Assembly: GCA_029262475.1 (NCBI GenBank)
Contig: JAJCZG010000019.1
Location: 5,789-69,788 of the forward strand
DNA length: 64,000 nt
Reading direction: 5' to 3'
Source: Deltaproteobacteria bacterium
Lineage (GTDB): Bacteria; Desulfobacterota; GWC2-55-46; JAJCZF01
Shown piece by piece: positions 21,003-28,660 of this stretch; position 1 is the first letter of the stretch, and each line of letters starts with the position of its first letter. Both the position numbers and the translations under genes were made by a program. The notes under the pieces were generated by a model. The model did not search any database. It saw only the letters and a list, made by a program, of their open reading frames with translations, and was not told where the DNA came from.

Positions 21003-21053
21003 TTTAATAAAAGCTCCTATTAACATCACAGAAGTCCGTCATAAATTGATCTC

Positions 21054-21080
21054 TTGATAGAATAACGGCAATCTTATAAT
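21054..21080 (+). promoter_or_regulatory. candidate promoter, TTGATA-N15-TATAAT, upstream of ispG
   Basis: The hexamers are good but the spacer is only 15 nt. Confidence 0.3.
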
Positions 21081-21187
21081 CTTTTCTCTAAGCCGTCAAG
21101 GTAGAGCGATTTCGGTTGTTCCAATTCTTGTGTAATTATAGTATCTTAACTAGTGCCGTATTCACAGTAAAAGGAGGCATTATAGAG

Positions 21188-22255
21188 TTGAAGGCAAGAA
21201 GAAAGACAAGAGAGCTAAGTGTTGGCGGCGTGCTTATCGGCGGCGGGGAGCCCGCGCCGATTACCGTTCAGTCTATGACCAATACCGATACGAGCGACGC
21301 TCAAGCCACTATCGGCCAGATAGAGCGCCTGACGGCTGCTGGCTGCGAGATAGTGCGTGTTGCCGTATCTGATACGGCGGCGGCGGCGGCTTTGGGTGAG
21401 ATTAAAAAGGCCTCAACCGTCCCGGTAATTGCCGATATTCACTTCGACTACCGTTTGGCGCTAAAGGCCGTGGATATGGGCGTAGACGCGCTTAGGCTAA
21501 ACCCCGGTAATATCGGCTCGAAGGAGCGTATAGCGAGTGTAGTTGACGCTGCACGCGGGGCCGGCATTCCTATACGTATCGGTGTTAACGCGGGTTCTCT
21601 GGAAAAAGATATTTTAGAGCGTTACACCCACCCGACGGCTGAGGCGATGGTAGAGAGCGCCATGCGCCATATCCGAATACTCGAAGAGATGGATTTCCAT
21701 GATATAAAGGTCTCGATGAAGGCCTCCACCGTGCTCCTTACCGTGGACGCGTACCGCTTGTTGGCAGAAAAGGTCGATTACCCTTTTCATATAGGCATAA
21801 CCGAGGCCGGGACGATGATGGCCGGTACGGTGAAGAGCTCCGTAGGGCTCGGTATATTATTATCGGAAGGGTTAGGCGATACGCTAAGGGTCTCTCTTAC
21901 CGCCGACCCCGTTGAAGAGGTAAAGGTCGGCTTCGAGGTGCTAAAGGCGCTTAAGCTTAGAGAGAGGGGTGTAAATGTCGTAAGCTGCCCCACATGCGGG
22001 CGGATAAAGTACGACGCCGAAAAGATTGCCGTAGAGGTGGAGAAGAGGTTAGCTCATATTACAAAACCCCTTACCGTGGCCGTTATGGGCTGCGTGGTGA
22101 ACGGCCCCGGAGAGGCGATAGAGTCGGATGTCGGTATAGCCGGGGGGGACGGCTGCGCTATGCTCTACATTAAAGGCGTGGCGGTAAGGAAACTCGATGA
22201 GGCTGATATTATAGATACCGTCGTTCGTGAGGTCGAAAAAGCGGCAAAATTATAG
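21188..22255 (+). CDS. ispG: 4-hydroxy-3-methylbut-2-enyl diphosphate synthase IspG (GcpE)
   Basis: PITVQSMTNTDT, IADIHFDYRLAL, LRLNPGNIG, CPTCGR, and VMGCVVNGPGE. I prefer the TTG at 21188, which lies 10 nt after AAGGAGG. The ORF is open from 21116. Confidence 0.95.
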   Translation: MKARRKTRELSVGGVLIGGGEPAPITVQSMTNTDTSDAQATIGQIERLTAAGCEIVRVAVSDTAAAAALGEIKKASTVPVIADIHFDYRLALKAVDMGVDALRLNPGNIGSKERIASVVDAARGAGIPIRIGVNAGSLEKDILERYTHPTAEAMVESAMRHIRILEEMDFHDIKVSMKASTVLLTVDAYRLLAEKVDYPFHIGITEAGTMMAGTVKSSVGLGILLSEGLGDTLRVSLTADPVEEVKVGFEVLKALKLRERGVNVVSCPTCGRIKYDAEKIAVEVEKRLAHITKPLTVAVMGCVVNGPGEAIESDVGIAGGDGCAMLYIKGVAVRKLDEADIIDTVVREVEKAAKL

Positions 22256-22349
22256 TCTTAGCTATAATAGATTTTATTATTTTCTGGTAATTTTAGTCAA
22301 AAATTGATATAAAGTAAAATCCTAATAAGATAGTTTCAGGGGGTAAAAT

Positions 22350-22847
22350 ATGCACAAAACGTCAATTCTAGCCTATCATATCCGTAAGCGGAGAGATTCG
22401 AGGGCCGCAGTGGCCGTCTCCTCCAGCTCGGGTTTCACGCTGATAGAGTTAATGGTGGTAATCGTTATCCTCGGTATTTTAACCGCCATAATAGCGCCGA
22501 AGATAATCGGCAGGACGGACGACGCAAAGGTGACCGAGGCGAGGGTGCAGATATCGAACTTCGAGACGGCTATCAAGATGTATAAGCTAGATAACGGCTA
22601 TTACCCCACCACCGCGCAGGGGCTTACGGCCCTTGTAGCTCGCCCCGTAGGCTCTCCGGAGCCAAGGAGGTGGAAGAAGGGCGGGTACATAGAGAAGGGC
22701 AAAGTGCCTAACGACCCCTGGGGAAACCAGTATATATATGCCTCGCCCGGTATTAAAGGCGACTACGATTTACTCTCTTACGGTGCGGACGGCGTGAGGG
22801 GCGGCGAGGAGTACGACGCCGACTTAAGTAACTGGGACGTGGAGTAG
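22350..22847 (+). CDS. gspG: type II secretion major pseudopilin GspG
   Basis: The prepilin site G|FTLIELMVVIVILGILTAI, and PNDPWGNQYIY...GDYDLLSYGADG. An alternative GTG start at 22410 would shorten the 28-aa leader to 8 aa. Confidence 0.93.
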   Translation: MHKTSILAYHIRKRRDSRAAVAVSSSSGFTLIELMVVIVILGILTAIIAPKIIGRTDDAKVTEARVQISNFETAIKMYKLDNGYYPTTAQGLTALVARPVGSPEPRRWKKGGYIEKGKVPNDPWGNQYIYASPGIKGDYDLLSYGADGVRGGEEYDADLSNWDVE

Positions 22848-23387
22848 ATGGGTTTAGCGGGAAGGTTTTTTTCGGGCCGCTCTCACCCCGGCTCCTGTAA
22901 CGACCGGGGTTTTACGCTCATCGAGCTTATCGTTATTATGGTAATACTCGGAAGCGTGCTCATGGTCGCCATTCCCCGTATTCCGTCGTCTGAGGCGTTT
23001 TCATTCGGTTCGGAAGTGAGGCGCACGGCTACACTCCTTCGTTATATAGACGACGTATCGGGCTACACGAAGGACTACTACAGGCTTTCATTTTATCTCG
23101 ACGACGAGCTCATAACCGTAGAGAGGTCGGAGGACGGCGAGAACTTCACCCCGCCCGGCGACTCAAAACTCCAGGGTATTGAGTTTGGCGGTAATACCGA
23201 GCTGGTGGATATAGTCCTCCAGGAGCACGGCACAGTCGATGACGGTTCCGTCTCGCTCGTCTTTAACCCCTCCTTCGGTGCGGTGCCCTTTAAGCTTCAC
23301 TTAAGGGATGGCGCAGGAGAAGACATTTTGACACTTACTTACAACCCTTACTCCGGAAGGGTTAAGGTGATTGAAGGTTATGTATGA
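22848..23387 (+). CDS. gspH: minor pseudopilin, GspH-like
   Basis: G|FTLIELIVIMVILG prepilin N-terminus. Assigned to GspH by its position after gspG and its size (179 aa). Confidence 0.65.
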   Translation: MGLAGRFFSGRSHPGSCNDRGFTLIELIVIMVILGSVLMVAIPRIPSSEAFSFGSEVRRTATLLRYIDDVSGYTKDYYRLSFYLDDELITVERSEDGENFTPPGDSKLQGIEFGGNTELVDIVLQEHGTVDDGSVSLVFNPSFGAVPFKLHLRDGAGEDILTLTYNPYSGRVKVIEGYV

Positions 23388-23748
23388 CAGTAGCCCTTTA
23401 ATTAAGGGTGATAAGAAAGGTTTTACATTTATAGAGGTCATGATCGCTATGGCGATCATCTCTGGCGTGATAGTTACGCTCATAACGAGCCTCAATCTCC
23501 ATATGGGTTACGTTGATTCGAGTACGAACTCTGTTAAAGCCGTTATGCTTGGAAGCGAGAAGTTAAAGGAACTCGAAGGGCCAAGTTCGCCGGGAGTTGA
23601 GTCGGGGGATTTCGGCCCTGATAATAAGGACTTTAACTGGAGCTACAGCACTACCCCGACGAACTTCACCGGAGTGGTGAGAGGTCGGGTGACCGTTACA
23701 TGGGGGAGCGGCGGTGAGATTACGCTCTCCTCGTATAAGGCGGACTAG
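23380..23748 (+). CDS. gspI: minor pseudopilin, GspI-like
   Basis: G|FTFIEVMIAMAIISG. About 120 aa. The ORF is also open from the TTG at 23371. Confidence 0.65.
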   Translation: MYDSSPLIKGDKKGFTFIEVMIAMAIISGVIVTLITSLNLHMGYVDSSTNSVKAVMLGSEKLKELEGPSSPGVESGDFGPDNKDFNWSYSTTPTNFTGVVRGRVTVTWGSGGEITLSSYKAD

Positions 23749-24529
23749 GGTGGCGGAGAGTAGATGCGCCGGGCATGTGGAAGAGCAACTTAAGAGCCGC
23801 AGCCCGAAGAAAGGCCGAGACACTCTCGCCGGAGAGCGAGGCTTTACGCTCATAGAGGTATTAATAGCGCTCTTCCTTACGGCTGTGCTCCTGACCTCGG
23901 TCTACTATACATTTTTTTCCATGTTGGAGAGCCGTGAGGTCATAAGCGAAGAGTTTGAGAGGCAAAGGGAGGTAAGAAGGTTTATAGACCTTCTGGGGAT
24001 GGAGATAGAATCGGCTTATGTAAGCGGCTCAAATAAGAATACCCTCTTTACCGGATACGAGAGGGGTCTCGGCGCCAAGAAGTTCGCCCGTTTGGAGTTT
24101 ACCTACTTTACCCATACCGTGGTTGCTAAAGATAACCCCGCAGGGGACCTTAAGACCGTAAGGTACTCGGTTGAGGAGGGGGAAGAGGGCCGCACTTACC
24201 TCTTTAAAGAGAGGTGGGACGCATTTATCGGCCTTGGCGGCAAGGGCTCTTTTAAAGTCGAGGCCGTAGAGGATATTTTAGGTTTTAACGCCACCTACTT
24301 TAACGGCAATAGCTGGGTAAAGGCCTGGCAGAATTCTACCGGCATAGGCGCCCCGGAGGCCGTCAAGTTCGTACTTACCGTAAGGAAGGGCGAAGGTACG
24401 GAAAAATATACATTTACTTCAAGTCCGAGGATTAATGTTGTTGCGGGAGCAGTAAGGAGAGTAGCGCCTGTCCCCAAGACAAGGCGGAGAACCTTACCCG
24501 GAGCGGCTGGCATGGGGGGCGGCGGATGA
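23714..24529 (+). CDS. gspJ: minor pseudopilin, GspJ-like
   Basis: G|FTLIEVLIALFLTAVLL. The start is ambiguous, with in-frame GTG codons at 23714, 23750 and 23777. The C-terminus is Gly-rich. Confidence 0.62.
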   Translation: MRLRSPRIRRTRVAESRCAGHVEEQLKSRSPKKGRDTLAGERGFTLIEVLIALFLTAVLLTSVYYTFFSMLESREVISEEFERQREVRRFIDLLGMEIESAYVSGSNKNTLFTGYERGLGAKKFARLEFTYFTHTVVAKDNPAGDLKTVRYSVEEGEEGRTYLFKERWDAFIGLGGKGSFKVEAVEDILGFNATYFNGNSWVKAWQNSTGIGAPEAVKFVLTVRKGEGTEKYTFTSSPRINVVAGAVRRVAPVPKTRRRTLPGAAGMGGGG

Positions 24530-25455
24530 GAAAGTCCGTTACCTCAGAGGCCGGGATGGCGCTGATTATAGTCCTCTTTATCACAGCTTTCCTCGTGACT
24601 GTTATTACCGAGATCGTCTACGCCGTACACAGGTACGGAGAGATGGCATCGTTATATACCAACGGCGAGCGCGCGAGCCTGCTCGCCACCGGGGGTGTTG
24701 TGCTTACCGGCTCCCTCCTCTCTGAAAAGCTCGAAGGCGAGAGTGAGGTCACAGTCCTCTACGCCGACGAGACCGACAGGGTAATAAGGGACTCTGACGG
24801 AGAGGTAAGGATTACGCTCTCCGATGAGCAGGGGAAGGTATCTCTAAACTCCCTGGTGACGTCCGGCGGCGCGGTCAATTTCGAAAAGTTCGAGATATTT
24901 GCAAGGCTCGTCGATACGCTGGATCTCCCGCGTGAACTACCGGATACGCTAACGGACTGGCTCGATGCAGACAACAACCCGCGCGCGACCTTCGGCGCGG
25001 AGACAAAGGACTATTACAGCACCCTGAAGAAGCCGTACAAGGCGAAGAACTCCACGCTCGACAGCGTTGACGAGCTCTTGCTGGTTAAGGGTTTTATACC
25101 AAAGGCCGTCAAAGCCTTAAGACCTTATGTAACAGTCCATACCGACGGCCTTATAAATATAAATACAGCGTCCAAAGAGGTCATAATGGCGCTCGATAAG
25201 CAGATTACGGAAGATATGGCCGAGACGGTCATTTCGATGAGGGCGAATAACCCCATAAAGAGCGCAACCGAGTTAAGGGATATACCCGGCTTTACAACCA
25301 TAGCCATCGGCCTCCAGAAGAGGGTCACGGTCAAGAGCTCGAAGTTCGGCCTTACCTCAAGGGCTAATGTGGGGGGGTCGGTGAGGGTGGTAGAGGCTGT
25401 GATCTTGCAGGCTGGTAGCGTAGAACCAACGGTCTTATACTGGAGAGAGCGTTAA
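24526..25455 (+). CDS. gspK: minor pseudopilin GspK
   Basis: GMALIIVLFITAF N-terminus without the conserved Glu5, SVDELLLVKGF and NINTASKEVIMAL (helix-hairpin-helix-like block typical of GspK). 309 aa. Confidence 0.75.
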   Translation: MRKSVTSEAGMALIIVLFITAFLVTVITEIVYAVHRYGEMASLYTNGERASLLATGGVVLTGSLLSEKLEGESEVTVLYADETDRVIRDSDGEVRITLSDEQGKVSLNSLVTSGGAVNFEKFEIFARLVDTLDLPRELPDTLTDWLDADNNPRATFGAETKDYYSTLKKPYKAKNSTLDSVDELLLVKGFIPKAVKALRPYVTVHTDGLININTASKEVIMALDKQITEDMAETVISMRANNPIKSATELRDIPGFTTIAIGLQKRVTVKSSKFGLTSRANVGGSVRVVEAVILQAGSVEPTVLYWRER

Positions 25456-25482
25456 TTAAAAGGTTTAGTTGAGTTTATTATA

Positions 25483-26859
25483 GTGTCTAACCTGAATCTT
25501 ATAATCGATTTTGGAAGTAACAGGGTAACTGTCGGCGTCTTCGAAGTTGGCCCCTCGGATTTACCTTCTTCCATGCCGTCCCCGCTCTTTTCGGCCTCTG
25601 TCGCATGTGATGGGGATTTAGAGGCTGCTCTTAGTGAAGTGCTTCGGAGGGTGCGTGATGCCGGATACGGCGATTTTAAGCGCGTGGCCCTCGGCGTAGC
25701 GGCGGTGGAAGTATGCATGCGGGTTATAGACACCCCTATTACGGACAAGAAGAAGGTGGAGGAGATACTTCCGCTCGAGCTCTCTGATTTACTTATCGCA
25801 GATACCTCGGAGCTTAAGTTCGACTCCATAAGGCTCTCCGAAGAGAAAGTGCTCGGCGCCGCAGTGGAGAAGGATCGCCTGAGGCACTATATAGATCTGC
25901 TGGTCTCCTCCGGGGTGGATCCTTCATGGATTACAGTCTCTCTCTTCTCCAGGGATGCGCTCCTGAGGGGTTTTTTAGCGAGTTGCGACGGAGGAGACGG
26001 TTCAGTCTCCGCCGACGAGTGTGCGGCCTTCATAGATACGGAGTCGCTTACCGTCGTAAAGGACGACAGAGCGGTCTTCTTTAAAGAGCTTACAGGCTCC
26101 GGCGACCTTGCCCTCTCCATTGAGAGCCTCTCGGACGACGGGGTAAGAATAGATAAATTCTATGCTACAGGTGAGGCGAGCTACGGACTTAAGGGGCTCG
26201 GTATAGAGCCCGTCTCCATGGGAGACCTGCGCGATGATGAGGCAGGGATAATGGCAATGGCCGCCCGTATGAACGAGGGGCTCGCGGACGCCTTTAACTT
26301 TCGTTCGGGAGCCTTTGGCGGCACCCTTGAGAGCAACGCCGTAGACAAGGGGGCGAAGCTCGCCGTACTTTTCATAGCCCTTCTCGTAGTCTCCTGGGGG
26401 TTTCATACTTATTTGAGGAACAAGACCTTCGATATAGAGAAGGCGGCTATAGAGAGTGAGATAACCGGGACCTACAAGAGGCTCTTTAGAGGTGAAGCTG
26501 CAGCAGACCCTGTATATACACTTGAGGCGAAGTTAGCGGAGCTTCAAAGGCTCTCCGATGGAGTCTTTGTCGGCGTTGACGTTTTGGGCGTAATGCGCGA
26601 GCTCTCCGCCATTAACAAGGCCTCCGGCGGGAAGGCGGTGAAGATGGTCGAGTTCAAGGCCTCACCGGCCACCGTGATACTTAGGGGAGAGGCAGCCTCA
26701 AAGGAAGCCGCCGAGGTCTTTAAAACAGCCGTCTCCGGAAGCAGGGCTTTTAAGGACGCAGTGATAGAAGGTGTGACCTCTGGAGCCGCCGGAACCGTAA
26801 CCTTTAACATCAGGGCCTCCGTGGAGAAGGCATTCTTTTTTGGAGGCGTTCGGCGTTAG
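25483..26859 (+). CDS. gspL: GspL-like assembly-platform protein (cytoplasmic actin-like domain, one TM segment, periplasmic domain)
   Basis: GTG start. N-terminal IIDFGSNRVTVGVFEV. A TM segment AKLAVLFIALLVVSWGF lies near residue 300. Assigned partly by its position between gspK and gspM. Confidence 0.6.
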   Translation: MSNLNLIIDFGSNRVTVGVFEVGPSDLPSSMPSPLFSASVACDGDLEAALSEVLRRVRDAGYGDFKRVALGVAAVEVCMRVIDTPITDKKKVEEILPLELSDLLIADTSELKFDSIRLSEEKVLGAAVEKDRLRHYIDLLVSSGVDPSWITVSLFSRDALLRGFLASCDGGDGSVSADECAAFIDTESLTVVKDDRAVFFKELTGSGDLALSIESLSDDGVRIDKFYATGEASYGLKGLGIEPVSMGDLRDDEAGIMAMAARMNEGLADAFNFRSGAFGGTLESNAVDKGAKLAVLFIALLVVSWGFHTYLRNKTFDIEKAAIESEITGTYKRLFRGEAAADPVYTLEAKLAELQRLSDGVFVGVDVLGVMRELSAINKASGGKAVKMVEFKASPATVILRGEAASKEAAEVFKTAVSGSRAFKDAVIEGVTSGAAGTVTFNIRASVEKAFFFGGVRR

Positions 26860-27393
26860 ATGGAACTGGATATCAAGGAAAACAGGCTTTTTCAGGCAGC
26901 GATAGCGCTTATCGTAATCTTTGCGGTTCTCTTTGCCGCAACGAACATCTATCTTGGAAAGAAGAAGAAGGTAGTGCTCAGGAAGAGGGCCGAACTTGAG
27001 GTTTTCTCAAGGCTTAGGGCCGAGTATGAGGGCGTGTCAGGCGTTATTAATCCCTTTAAAAAGAGGGCCTCAGCCACGGGGCAGAACCTTAAAACCGAGA
27101 GAATACTCGGTGATATAGGGGAGACACTTGGCATAAAAGAGAAGATGGGCTCCTTTAAGACAGTCGCTGCCGGAGCAGCGAAAGGATACATAAAAAACGC
27201 CACGGAGTTAACTCTTACTGGAATAAGTTTGAACGAATTGGTAAACTTCCTGTACCGGGTTGAAGGTCACCGCAATATGCTCATGGTCAAGAGTTTTACC
27301 TTAAGGCCCGCAGGCGCTGGCAAGGGTAACGCAGGCGGAGAGCTGCTGGATGTAATGCTTTCGGTTGAAATAATATCAAAGGGGCGCGGATAA
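26860..27393 (+). CDS. gspM: GspM-like assembly-platform protein
   Basis: 177 aa with a single N-terminal TM segment (AAIALIVIFAVLFAATNIYL). Assigned partly by its position after gspL. Confidence 0.55.
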   Translation: MELDIKENRLFQAAIALIVIFAVLFAATNIYLGKKKKVVLRKRAELEVFSRLRAEYEGVSGVINPFKKRASATGQNLKTERILGDIGETLGIKEKMGSFKTVAAGAAKGYIKNATELTLTGISLNELVNFLYRVEGHRNMLMVKSFTLRPAGAGKGNAGGELLDVMLSVEIISKGRG

Positions 27394-27412
27394 AACGCGC
27401 CGGGTGTAAGGT

Positions 27413-28609
27413 ATGGAGATAAATCTTAAGAAGATAAGGATCATCAACGTCACCTTGAGTATCTGCGTGGCGCTTGTGATGTCGGGGATTGTAATGGATT
27501 TCCAGTTCATGGGAGATAGACGCGACCTCTCTATCCCCGAAGCCGGGAATACGCCCCCTCTTCGGACTCCGGCAAGGGCAGCGAGCGACTTTACCGAGAA
27601 CGAAGTGATACTTAAGGGCGGCCTCATTGCGCCGGGCGGCAGGCTCTTATATCTTAGGGACAAACCCAGGAAAAAGGTTTCCAAAGTCCCGGCAGTGAAC
27701 GGCCTGACGGTTAAGGCGCCGAATTCCAACCTCTCCCTAAAAGGTACTATCGTTAGTGATATAGGCAAAAGCCTTGCTATCTTCGAGGACAAACGCTCCA
27801 GGCGCCAGGAGATAATCAGCATCGGCGGTGACGTCTTCGGTGCAGGGAAGATTACTGTCATAGACGAAGACAGGGTCCTTCTGGCCGCCTCAGGAGGGGT
27901 CACTCACGAGTATTCAATGGATTTTGAAACAACTGGCGGTGCAAGAATGGGCAGGCCTGCAGGCGATGCAAGAAGGGCCAGGCCCGGGGGTGATGCAAGA
28001 AGGGCCAGTACTAGAGGCGGCAACGGTGTTGTGGCCAAAGCAAAGTGGGCCGATGAGCTTAAGATGATGCAGGATATGCAGCGCGTGAACGGCTCTGGCG
28101 CGGTAGGGCATCCTTACGACGACTCCGACTCCGACGCCGACGTGGTAGATGATGTGGTAGATGATTTTATCGATGAAGCATTGCTTCTTCCAGGCGCTTC
28201 GGAGAACTTTATTCTGCCCACCCGGGAAGACGGTACCGGGGGTCATCAAGCGCTTGCTTCCTTAAGTACCGCCACCAACGCCGCCTCCACGTCCAGAGAT
28301 GTCGACTGGTGGGACGTCTATGACGCCCTTGGAAACGGCACCGGCGACGCGCTTGCCTATGTCAGCTATGACCTGTATCCTTCCGAAGAGCCGATCTCCG
28401 GCTTTATGGTTCGCGAGTCCCGTGACGAACTTTTTTCTTCCGTCTTCGGGCTCGTTGCGGGTGACGTGATTATAAAGGTCAACGAGACTGCGCTCGACAC
28501 AGCCGGTGCGTGGCTACGCGCCTCCGACGGCCTGTGGAACGCTCGAAATATTAGGCTTTCGGTTCTAAGAGACGGAATAGAGGCCCACTTCGTCTTCCAG
28601 GTCAGGTAG
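27413..28609 (+). CDS. gspC: GspC-like protein (TM anchor, HR/PilP-like domain, charged repeat linker, C-terminal PDZ-like domain)
   Basis: LKGTIVSDIGKSLAIFEDKRSRRQEIISIGGDVFGAGKITVIDEDRVLL resembles the HR domain. GLVAGDVIIKVNETALD resembles a PDZ domain. It lies directly upstream of the secretin gene. Confidence 0.6.
   Translation: MEINLKKIRIINVTLSICVALVMSGIVMDFQFMGDRRDLSIPEAGNTPPLRTPARAASDFTENEVILKGGLIAPGGRLLYLRDKPRKKVSKVPAVNGLTVKAPNSNLSLKGTIVSDIGKSLAIFEDKRSRRQEIISIGGDVFGAGKITVIDEDRVLLAASGGVTHEYSMDFETTGGARMGRPAGDARRARPGGDARRASTRGGNGVVAKAKWADELKMMQDMQRVNGSGAVGHPYDDSDSDADVVDDVVDDFIDEALLLPGASENFILPTREDGTGGHQALASLSTATNAASTSRDVDWWDVYDALGNGTGDALAYVSYDLYPSEEPISGFMVRESRDELFSSVFGLVAGDVIIKVNETALDTAGAWLRASDGLWNARNIRLSVLRDGIEAHFVFQVR
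27935..28015 (+). repeat. 3 x 27-bp in-frame tandem repeat inside gspC (GGARMGRPA / GDARRARPG / GDARRASTR)
   Basis: The copies ggYgRtgcaagaaKgggccag... were aligned by eye. A second 2 x 12-bp duplication, gtggtagatgat, lies at 28142-28165 and encodes VVDDVVDD. Confidence 0.8.
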
Positions 28610-28660
28610 AGGCCATTCTCTCTCAGGAGAAGGTTAGAATAAGATATTATTTAAGATTGG

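Noticed and set aside
22256-22349. Sigma-54 promoter upstream of gspG (TGGTAATTTTAGTC)
   Set aside because: A GG is present, but the GC of the -12 element is not at the required GG-N10-GC spacing. A weak sigma-70-like TTGATA-N16-TAAGAT is at least as plausible. Neither is reported as a feature.
23380-23420. The gspI leader peptide SSPLIKGDKKG as a copy of the 'PL.KG'-type intergenic repeat seen at 35520-35555
   Set aside because: The resemblance exists only at the peptide level over about 6 residues. There is no nucleotide similarity to repeat B, so it is most likely coincidence.
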